Of a stretch of DNA of 64,000 nt, positions 45,495 through 53,741 are shown one piece after another (position 1 is the first letter of the stretch; the number at the start of each line of letters is the position of its first letter). This DNA comes from Phycisphaerae bacterium (lineage in GTDB: Bacteria; Planctomycetota; Phycisphaerae; UBA1845; Fen-1342): positions 64,001 to 128,000 of the forward strand of contig JASFQK010000004.1 in assembly GCA_050115495.1 (NCBI GenBank). The letters run 5' to 3'. The notes beneath the pieces are model-generated. The model was given only the letters and a program-made list of their open reading frames with translations, was not told the origin of the DNA and did no database searches. Position numbers and translations under genes: made by a program.

Positions 45495-46943
45495 ATGCCG
45501 ACCACGATCACGCTTGACCCCGTGACCCGCATCGAGGGCCACCTGGAAATCGAAGTCACCGTGGACGTTGTCCGCGGTCAGCAGCAGGTCATCAGCGCCC
45601 GCAGCATGGGCAAGATGTTCCGCGGCTTCGAGATCATCCTGGCCGGCCGCGATCCGCGCGACGCCGCCATGTACACGCAGCGCATCTGCGGCGTCTGCCC
45701 CGTCTCGCACGCCATGGCTTCGAGCCTCAACCTCGACAACGCTTTCGGCGTGACACCGCCGGACAACGGCCGCATCCTACGCAACCTCGTGCTCGGGGCG
45801 AACTTCATTCAGTCGCACCTGCTGCACTTCTACCACCTGTCCGTCCTGGACTATGTGAACACCACCGGGCTGCTGGACAAGTCGCCCTGGACGCCGCGCT
45901 ACGTCACCGCCGACATGGCCACGGGCGCGAACGCCGCCACGCTCGTCTCGCACTACGTCGCCGCCCTGGCCATGCGCCGCAAGGCGCACCAGATGGGGGC
46001 GCTCTTCGGCGGCAAGCTGCCCTGTCTCGGCTCCTTCGTCGTCGGCGGCTGCACCGAGGCCGTCACCGCCGAGAAGATCGCCGACTTCCGCAGCCTGCTC
46101 ACCGGGCTGCGGTCCTTCATCAACAACGTCTACCTAGCCGACGCCAACACGCTCGGCGACCTGTTCCCGACGTACTTCACGCTCGGCGGCGGCAACGAGA
46201 ACCTCCTGGCCTTCGGCGTGTTCGACCTCGATTCGTCCGGCGCGAACCGGTTTTTCTCGCCCGGCCGCTACGCCGGCGGGGCGTTTGAGTCGATGGATCC
46301 GGCCCAGATCGCCGAATACGTGATGCACTCGTGGTACACGCCCGCCTCGGGGAACCTGAACCCAGCGCAGGGCGTCACCGAGCCTGACGCCGAGAAGCAG
46401 GGGGCGTACTCCTGGCTCAAGGCGCCGCGCTACGCGGACCTGCCTTACGAGCTCGGCCCGCTGGCCCGCATGTGGATCAACCACGACTACACACGCGGCA
46501 TCTCGGCCATGGACCGCATCATCGCCCGCGCCCAGGAAACCAAGAAGATTGCCGACGCCATGGACGGCTGGCTCGACGAACTAACCCCGGACATGTCCGG
46601 CTACGCCACGAGCGAGATCCCCGTGCAGGCCACCAGCGCCGGCCTGACTGAGGCCCCGCGCGGCGCCCTCGGTCACTGGATGAACATCACAGACTCGACG
46701 ATCAGTCGCTACCAGGTCATCACGCCGACCGCCTGGAACGCCTCGCCCCGCGACGACGTGGACGTGCCCGGTCCGATCGAGGCGGCACTGGTCGGCGTCC
46801 CGGTCGCGGATATCGAACAGCCGGTCGAAGTGCTCCGCATCGTGCACACCTTCGACCCGTGCCTGGCCTGTGCCGTGCACATGGTTCGCCCCGGCGAGCG
46901 CGTGCCCGCCAGCCGTGTGCTGCTCCAGCCCGGACTCGGTTAG
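45495..46943 (+). CDS. [NiFe] hydrogenase large subunit (group 1a-like)
   Basis: DPVTRIEGHL, QRICGVCPVSH (L1), EAPRGALGHW, PTAWN, FDPCLACAVH (L2) plus a 20-aa cleavable extension. Confidence 0.96.
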   Translation: MPTTITLDPVTRIEGHLEIEVTVDVVRGQQQVISARSMGKMFRGFEIILAGRDPRDAAMYTQRICGVCPVSHAMASSLNLDNAFGVTPPDNGRILRNLVLGANFIQSHLLHFYHLSVLDYVNTTGLLDKSPWTPRYVTADMATGANAATLVSHYVAALAMRRKAHQMGALFGGKLPCLGSFVVGGCTEAVTAEKIADFRSLLTGLRSFINNVYLADANTLGDLFPTYFTLGGGNENLLAFGVFDLDSSGANRFFSPGRYAGGAFESMDPAQIAEYVMHSWYTPASGNLNPAQGVTEPDAEKQGAYSWLKAPRYADLPYELGPLARMWINHDYTRGISAMDRIIARAQETKKIADAMDGWLDELTPDMSGYATSEIPVQATSAGLTEAPRGALGHWMNITDSTISRYQVITPTAWNASPRDDVDVPGPIEAALVGVPVADIEQPVEVLRIVHTFDPCLACAVHMVRPGERVPASRVLLQPGLG

Positions 46944-46967
46944 CCGCCCCGACGAGAAGGACGGTTG

Positions 46968-47465
46968 ATGCTCGTGCAAAACGGTCAAGACGAACAGACC
47001 GCCACCGACCGCTGCCCCGTCCTGGTGCTCGGTCTCGGCAACATCCTGTTGCGCGACGAGGGCGTCGGCGTGCGCGTGATCGAGACGCTGCGTGAGCGGT
47101 CTCGGCCGGAGGGCGTCGAGTTCTTCGATGGAGCCACCGCCGGCCTCGACCTGCTGGACGTCCTCGCCGATCGGCGGACCGTCGTCGTCGTGGACGCCAT
47201 CGCCGGCGACTACGCCCCGGGCACGGTCCTGCGCCTGACGCCGGAAGACCTGCTGCCGAGCGATCATCCCGGCGTCTCGCTGCACGAGATGGGCATCCTG
47301 GAGACGCTGACCGTCGCCAGACACCTGGGTAATGCCCCGCACGAAGTTGTCATCATTGGTATTAAGCCGTTCGAGGTCGATTACGGCCTGAACCTCACGG
47401 ATGAAATGCAACGCCTGATGCCGGACATCCTGGCCCTGGTGTCGGCGGAACTGGAGAAGCTGTGA
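46968..47465 (+). CDS. Hydrogenase maturation endopeptidase (HyaD/HybD family)
   Basis: [31 protein letters not shown]. Confidence 0.93.
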   Translation: MLVQNGQDEQTATDRCPVLVLGLGNILLRDEGVGVRVIETLRERSRPEGVEFFDGATAGLDLLDVLADRRTVVVVDAIAGDYAPGTVLRLTPEDLLPSDHPGVSLHEMGILETLTVARHLGNAPHEVVIIGIKPFEVDYGLNLTDEMQRLMPDILALVSAELEKL

Positions 47466-47509
47466 CGCGCGGCGGAGCCTGGCCGCGAGTCCGCAAGGGA
47501 AGCTTTACG

Positions 47510-48295
47510 ATGAAACCGCTCGCCTTCATCCCGGTCGTGGTCCTGGTAGCGCTCCCGGTGCTCGTGGCTTTGCTTCCGGCGACGACCCCCGTCGCAGTCG
47601 CCGAGCCGGCCTGGGGCCAGAACTGCTTGGCCTGTCACGACTTACTGCAAATAAACCTGCTCAATGTCGTTGGGGCGGACCTCATCGCCGACCCCGACGA
47701 GAGCGGTACCGGCGCCCCGGATCGCGGGCCGCTCCCGGTGTTCCGCGTCGGCCCGGGCGGGAACAAGACCATCCGTGTCGCGGTCTCCGGCCTGATGACC
47801 GGTGATACCTATGCGGTCGAGCTGTTCCGGCTGCGGTTCCCGGGCGTCGTGCAGGGCGGCGAATTGACTTACTCCGGCGATTGCGCCTGGGCCGAGTGGG
47901 GCAATCACGCTAACTACTTCTCCGATCCGGACGTGTCCGCCCCGTGGCAGCCCGGCGCGACCACGCATGAGTTCGACATTCATATCGGCCCCGATGCCGC
48001 GGAAGACTTCTACGACGTGGCCTTCGCCGTGGCTGGCAAGTTCGGCGGGGACGATTCACAGCTCTTCTACGCCGCAGAACACTTCTATATTCAGGTTCAG
48101 GGGCAAGTCGGTGATGTGAATTGCGATGGGACGGTCGACAACTTCGATATCGCGGCGTTCGTGCTGGCGCTAACCAACCCCAGCGCATACGAGGCCCGCT
48201 ACCCGGACTGCGACCGCATGCTGGCCGATATCAACCAGGACGGTCTGGTGGACAACTTCGACATCAGCGCGTTCATCGACCTGCTGACGGGCTGA
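47510..48295 (+). CDS. Exported putative monoheme protein with C-terminal dockerin-like domain
   Basis: Signal peptide, [20 protein letters not shown]...[21 protein letters not shown]. Confidence 0.85.
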   Translation: MKPLAFIPVVVLVALPVLVALLPATTPVAVAEPAWGQNCLACHDLLQINLLNVVGADLIADPDESGTGAPDRGPLPVFRVGPGGNKTIRVAVSGLMTGDTYAVELFRLRFPGVVQGGELTYSGDCAWAEWGNHANYFSDPDVSAPWQPGATTHEFDIHIGPDAAEDFYDVAFAVAGKFGGDDSQLFYAAEHFYIQVQGQVGDVNCDGTVDNFDIAAFVLALTNPSAYEARYPDCDRMLADINQDGLVDNFDISAFIDLLTG

Positions 48296-48353
48296 TGGCG
48301 GGGGGGATCGCTGGTTTGGCGCCTGCCGGCGCTAGCTCAGGCGAGTGAAGGCG

Positions 48354-48382
48354 TTGCGGTTGGAGCAATCTTTGCCTACAAT
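48354..48382 (+). promoter_or_regulatory. Putative sigma70 promoter
   Basis: TTGCGG-17 nt-TACAAT upstream of the prepilin-like gene. Confidence 0.45.
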
Positions 48383-48402
48383 TAATGTCCTGAGGGGCTC
48401 GG

Positions 48403-49560
48403 GTGGGAAGGCGAGCGTCGGCAGTGTGCGCGGCCGGCGGCCGAAGTGAAATGCCGTCTCAGGAGACCGGATCAGTGACCGGACAACGTAGGTGTTGGGG
48501 CCGGCAGGGGGTCCGGGGGTTCACGCTTATCGAATTGCTGGTGGTGGTGGCGATCATCGCCCTGCTGATCTCGATTCTGCTGCCGGCGCTGTCCGACGCG
48601 CGGGAGCAGGCGAAGGCCGTCAAGTGCGGGGCCAACCTCCAGCAAATCGGTCTCGGCCTGCTGAATTGCATGACTGAGAACCAGGATTGCGTGCCCCTGA
48701 TCGACGACGGCGTTGGGTCGCCCTCCGTGGTGTACACTTGGCTCGACGCCCTGTACGACCTGGATTACACCGGGATTGTGGACATCCAGTGGTGCCCGAC
48801 GGACGATCATCGCTCGCCGGCGATGCTGGAGCGGGTCGCCAATGGCTGGAACTTCTCCTGGGTGCGGAAATTCGGGGCGGGGGAGTCCCTGAAGCCGGGT
48901 TCCCGCTCGAGTTACGCGCTGAACTCGCACATCGCCTACAGCCACCCTCCCTATCCGGAGTGCAGCCCGTCGCGCCAGGTCATGGTGACCGACGGGTTCT
49001 GGAACTGGTTCGGGAACATGAGCGCCCACTACACGATGGCGCCGGCGGCGCTGGGCTACTCTGTTCCGGTGCTCGACACCTACGCCGGCTGGCAGGGCGG
49101 CATGATCGGCTTCCGTCATGGGCGCAACCTCGCCACGAACATGGTCTTCCGCGATGGCCACGTGGTGAAGATCACGCCCCGCCGACCGCACAACGTCCGC
49201 GAGTACCGGGATTTCCTGCCACGCAGCGCCACGCGCATGGTGGATACGGCGAAGTACTACACGTGGCTGCCGGGGGAGACGACCACCCGCCTGGACGTCT
49301 TCGGTTACGACCAGCGCTACTCGGAAATCGAAGACTGGATGCCCAACGGAGCGGATCCGCGCTGGCCGCCGTTTTCGACCGGCACGCAGCTTCCACCGAG
49401 CTGGGAGTATCGAGACTGGGGTTCGACCGGCGCCCCCGAGGCCTGCCGGGAGGCTCGTGCCTGGGTCCCATATTACTACCCGCGTGAGCTGAGCCCTGCG
49501 TGGCGGACCGCGAACGGCAAATGGACCAAGCTCCCGTCCAATCCGGATGATCGGAAGTAG
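48403..49560 (+). CDS. Prepilin-type N-terminal methylation domain protein (DUF1559/H-X9-DG type)
   Basis: [55 protein letters not shown]; start uncertain (possibly 48451). Confidence 0.88.
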   Translation: MGRRASAVCAAGGRSEMPSQETGSVTGQRRCWGRQGVRGFTLIELLVVVAIIALLISILLPALSDAREQAKAVKCGANLQQIGLGLLNCMTENQDCVPLIDDGVGSPSVVYTWLDALYDLDYTGIVDIQWCPTDDHRSPAMLERVANGWNFSWVRKFGAGESLKPGSRSSYALNSHIAYSHPPYPECSPSRQVMVTDGFWNWFGNMSAHYTMAPAALGYSVPVLDTYAGWQGGMIGFRHGRNLATNMVFRDGHVVKITPRRPHNVREYRDFLPRSATRMVDTAKYYTWLPGETTTRLDVFGYDQRYSEIEDWMPNGADPRWPPFSTGTQLPPSWEYRDWGSTGAPEACREARAWVPYYYPRELSPAWRTANGKWTKLPSNPDDRK

Positions 49561-49563
49561 GGG

Positions 49564-49983
49564 ATGCAAGGGAACGCTCGACCGATCTGGCTCGGATTGG
49601 CTCTCATCGCGCTCCTGGGCGCCGCCGGTTACTACTACTGGCGGCGAGCTGAGGATCCGCCGGCGCCCGGCCGAGACGTCACGCTGCACGGCTATTGCCT
49701 GGCCTGCAAGCATGAAGTGACCGCCCACTACACGGCGGGAGAAGTGCAGCCGGTGAAGTGCCCCCTCTGCGGAGAGCGGGCTGTCTACAGCCTGTGCTAC
49801 TGCGAGAAGTGCAAGATGCGCATTGTTCCGGTGCTCGAGCCGGCCGAGGCGGGCGGCCTGCCGCGCATGCCGATGATCCGGACGTGTCCGCGCTGCGGCG
49901 GCCCGGCGAGCGCTTATGCGCCGTACGACGAGGAGCAGCAGCAGGCGGCCCTGGGGCCCGTGCCTGAGTGGCCGCCGAAGTAG
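49564..49983 (+). CDS. Small membrane-anchored Cys-rich (4x CxxC) protein
   Basis: N-terminal TM; CLAC, CPLC, CEKC, CPRC. Confidence 0.75.
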   Translation: MQGNARPIWLGLALIALLGAAGYYYWRRAEDPPAPGRDVTLHGYCLACKHEVTAHYTAGEVQPVKCPLCGERAVYSLCYCEKCKMRIVPVLEPAEAGGLPRMPMIRTCPRCGGPASAYAPYDEEQQQAALGPVPEWPPK

Positions 49984-50244
49984 CCCTGCTTTTCCGGACT
50001 ATCCGGAAGAGACCTTAAAGGGCAGGAGTTGGGAGAAGTGGCGTCAAAGGCGAGCCAAGAGGTTGGCGATGTATCCTTGCGCCATGTCACCGCGCTGGGA
50101 AGGCGACAGAACGCTGTCGCGAGTTCCGATAACGCATTTGCCGCGGCGAGCGACGCTCGCCCGACTCGAGGGGAAGGGTGCATAGATAGATAGTCTCTTT
50201 CTGCTGGACGGGTTCGTGGTGCAAAAGAATCGGAGGTATTCGAC

Positions 50245-53200
50245 ATGCTACGAATGAGATGGATGGGCCTCATGGCCACTCTCGGGCTGATGTGCGTGCC
50301 CGCGGCGGTGGGGCAGGTGGCAATTGACTTTGAGGGTTACTCCCTCGGCGACGTTAACGGGCAGGACGGCTGGTCGATCACGACCCAAACCGGCTCCGCG
50401 TCCGCGGAGATCGTGGTTGATCCGCTCGACGCCAACAACCAGATTCTCCGTATCCGCAACTTCGACGGCATGGGTGGCGATGACGGCGACGTCCGCCTCC
50501 GCAGGACGATCAGCCTCGGCTCCGGCCCGATGCTGATCACGCTCGAATACGACATCGAGCTCGAGAGCAGCGCCGCCGGCACCGCGCTATACCCCCGTCT
50601 GCGCGACGCCAGCAACGACTTCTCTGTCGTCAACAACATGCACTACACCGGCGGCGCCAACGGCACCTTCGCGCATCAGGGCTGGTATGCCCGCCTGCCC
50701 GACGGCACCGAGCAGAACTGGGAGCTCAACGGCGACCCGGGTATCCCGGCCGCCACGCGCGCCCACACCGCCTGGGTGTTCTTCTACTCGGGCACCAGCA
50801 CCGGCAATCACCTGGTCAAGGTGGTCAAGGACGGCGTGTCTTACGACAAGCGCAACGCCTACGGCTCCAGCGTCGGTGTCCTGAACTGCGACTACATCGA
50901 ATTCTCGCTCTACTCCGGCGGCCAGGCGACCTGGAACATCGACAACATCCAGATCACTGCCGAGCCGACCTTTGCCGCCCCGGTGGCCGATGCCGGCGAG
51001 TATCCCGACATGGTCCTGTGCGACTTCGACGGCTGCTTCGTCGACGTGGATGCCTCGCTGAGCACAGGCACGATCTCCAAGTACCAGTGGCTGGAGAGCG
51101 CTGCGACCGCGCAGAACATTCTGTCCCAGGGGCTGGCTCCGATTCAGGAGGTCTCGCTTCCCTACGATACGTCGAACAACGTGGTGCTCAACGTATTCGA
51201 CGCGCGCGGTGTCTACCACAGCGACACGGCCCTGATCATCACCGGTCCTGTCCCGGATCCCTACTCGATCGAGGACCAGGTCTGGGGGCCGTACGGCATC
51301 AAGAACGGCGACATCTACGGCACGGCGCAGTCGGACGTCGTGGTGCCCAGCTCCAACTTGCGGCTGCGCATGATCGACCAGCGCTCCGATCTGCCCGATC
51401 CCACGTCGCACCGGCAGTTGCTCTTCGACGCCCGCGGCAACATCTACTACGTCACGTGGTACCGTAGTGTACGCTCACTGAATCCCGATCTGACCAACCG
51501 CTGGGAGACGGCCAGCCTGGCCAATGGCTGCCTCGAGAACGAGTGCCTGATCGTCGGCGATCGCTACGTGTACGCGGCCGTGCCGCCCACGACCGACGGC
51601 GGCTTCGTGACGATTCCGGCGCAGATCGTTGCCCTGCGCAAGGGCGACGGCTCGATCGCCTGGCAGATACAGTTGCCCGGTGAGGCGTACGTCGACTGTG
51701 CCCCCTCGAAGCCCAAGATGACGCTGTGGAACGACAAGCTGTACTACGTCGGGGCACCCGATATGGCCGGCGTGGACATGATCTACCTGTACCAGGTGGA
51801 TGCGACCTCCGGCAATCTCGACTGGACCGAGCCTCTGGCTTGCGGCACCGAGGCGCCGCAGGGTCGCTGGGGTACGGTCGCCTTCGTCCCCGACCTGTAC
51901 GCGAGCGATCCGGACGGCTACGTGCACGCCCTGTTCTTCCAGGGTCATAGCGAGACCGAGAACGACGGTCTGTCCGACGCGATGGCCGTGCAGATCAACC
52001 CCGCCGTCGGCGCCCGCGTTGTCTGGGGTGTCGACGCCGGTTACGCCCTGCGCAGCCACCCGATCTTTAGTGATGAGACCGGGCTGGTCTACATGTGCAA
52101 CCAGTCGAACTGGAAGGGCCACTCGACGTGGGTCTTCGATCCCTATGCCGGCCTGCTGGCCCACTACGAGACCAGCGGCTATGACCGTCCGCGCGAGGAC
52201 GTCGTCGGCCTCGACTACGACGGCCGCACGATTCACTCGGGCAACGACATGGGCGTCGTCTACTCCGAGGTCGACGCCGACGGCACCGGCCTCAGCCTGA
52301 TCCGCAAACAGCGCCAGTACGACCCGGCCATCCTCAACCCGAACCACCCGGACTTCGGCGGCTACTTCGGCGATCAGGCCATCCTCCTGCAGAACGAGGA
52401 CGGCGACACGCTGATGCTCACCGCCCACCAGCGCTGGTGGTATGATCCCGACGGCTACACTGCCGAGGGCCGCGGCCCCGAGCAGGTTGTGCTGCTCAAC
52501 CTAACGCAGGACGACGGCTCGCCCACCGAAGAGGATCTCGACGACGGCCCGATTTACATCGACAACGTTCGCCTGCTCGAGGACGGCGTGCCGGTCTTCT
52601 CCGACGACTTCGAGTCGTACGACCTCGGCCCGCTGCCGTTCTACCCGGATTCGCCGTGGACCTACACCGGCGACGTCGGCGCCAGCATGCCGATGATCGT
52701 CGATGACGGCGGCAACAAGGTGCTGGCCATCGACCCGTTCGGCGGCTACAGCAACGAGTACGTCGCCATCAAGGCCCTGCTCGGCCAGGAGTATCCGCAG
52801 TCGTCCGAGGCGGTCATGCGCCTGGAATGGATGCAGAAGCGCACCGACCTCACCGACAACGTCGGCATCGAGGTTGTCCCCTACGATCCGACGCCGCCGG
52901 GCTACAACCCGTGGGGCGTGTACGAGTGGGACGGTGGCGGCGAGCCCAGCTACCAGAAGGCCTGGGGCGTGGGCGGCGATCCCGACTGGTCGCCGACGGC
53001 CCTGCTGCAGGTTGATACCTGGGAACCGGGTGTTCTTATCTGGGACTACCTGAACTGGGAATTCAACATGACCATCAACGGGACGAACGAGGGCGGCGTC
53101 CCGCCGGTCTTCGACACCAGCAAGACCATGAACTACATCGAGATCTACATGCAGGCCACGTCCGTTACCAGCAGCAGCTGGACCCCACCGCTGTTCACGC

Positions 53201-53541
53201 CCGTCGCCATGTACAAGGCGAGCGAATGGACCGGCGAGGCCTGGGATTGGAGCGATCTCGATGCCCTTTCGATCTCGCCGACCGGCGACATCTACTTCAT
53301 GCAGTTCGGCGACGGCCGGCGCTACACGCGACTGACCATGACGTTCGTCGGCGATGTGAACTGCGACGGGATCGTCAACAACTTCGACATCCGGGCGTTC
53401 GTCCTGGCGCTCACCAACCCGGAGAGCTATGCGGCGCAGTTCCCGGATTGCGACATCATGAACGCTGACGTGGACGGCGACGGGATCGTCACCAACTTTG
53501 ACATCTCCCCGTTCATCCAGTTGCTCAGCGGCGGCAAGTAA
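50245..53541 (+). CDS. Large secreted protein with beta-propeller (PQQ-like) region and C-terminal dockerin-like domain
   Basis: GGAGG RBS, signal peptide, repeated DFEgY.LG modules, W-containing propeller repeats, GDVNCDGIVNNFDI tail. Confidence 0.85.
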   Translation: MLRMRWMGLMATLGLMCVPAAVGQVAIDFEGYSLGDVNGQDGWSITTQTGSASAEIVVDPLDANNQILRIRNFDGMGGDDGDVRLRRTISLGSGPMLITLEYDIELESSAAGTALYPRLRDASNDFSVVNNMHYTGGANGTFAHQGWYARLPDGTEQNWELNGDPGIPAATRAHTAWVFFYSGTSTGNHLVKVVKDGVSYDKRNAYGSSVGVLNCDYIEFSLYSGGQATWNIDNIQITAEPTFAAPVADAGEYPDMVLCDFDGCFVDVDASLSTGTISKYQWLESAATAQNILSQGLAPIQEVSLPYDTSNNVVLNVFDARGVYHSDTALIITGPVPDPYSIEDQVWGPYGIKNGDIYGTAQSDVVVPSSNLRLRMIDQRSDLPDPTSHRQLLFDARGNIYYVTWYRSVRSLNPDLTNRWETASLANGCLENECLIVGDRYVYAAVPPTTDGGFVTIPAQIVALRKGDGSIAWQIQLPGEAYVDCAPSKPKMTLWNDKLYYVGAPDMAGVDMIYLYQVDATSGNLDWTEPLACGTEAPQGRWGTVAFVPDLYASDPDGYVHALFFQGHSETENDGLSDAMAVQINPAVGARVVWGVDAGYALRSHPIFSDETGLVYMCNQSNWKGHSTWVFDPYAGLLAHYETSGYDRPREDVVGLDYDGRTIHSGNDMGVVYSEVDADGTGLSLIRKQRQYDPAILNPNHPDFGGYFGDQAILLQNEDGDTLMLTAHQRWWYDPDGYTAEGRGPEQVVLLNLTQDDGSPTEEDLDDGPIYIDNVRLLEDGVPVFSDDFESYDLGPLPFYPDSPWTYTGDVGASMPMIVDDGGNKVLAIDPFGGYSNEYVAIKALLGQEYPQSSEAVMRLEWMQKRTDLTDNVGIEVVPYDPTPPGYNPWGVYEWDGGGEPSYQKAWGVGGDPDWSPTALLQVDTWEPGVLIWDYLNWEFNMTINGTNEGGVPPVFDTSKTMNYIEIYMQATSVTSSSWTPPLFTPVAMYKASEWTGEAWDWSDLDALSISPTGDIYFMQFGDGRRYTRLTMTFVGDVNCDGIVNNFDIRAFVLALTNPESYAAQFPDCDIMNADVDGDGIVTNFDISPFIQLLSGGK

Positions 53542-53741
53542 CCTGACGGGGCACGGCCCCGTTGGACGCCGCCGGAGGGCGGCGGTGTGAGTGTGCCCCT
53601 CCCGTCCCGTGGCCGGTCCGACGTCAACGACGCGGACCGGCGACGGGCGGGGCGGGGTGGTTCGGCGAGCAGGGGAAGGGGGGACGGGGATCCCGGGGGA
53701 CGGTCTGGTCGCCGGTTACGGTGACCGAGGAGACGTCCACT

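Noticed and set aside
46851..46880. Possible [NiFeSe] hydrogenase
   Set aside because: The L2 motif codon is TGC (Cys), not TGA; the ORF is uninterrupted.
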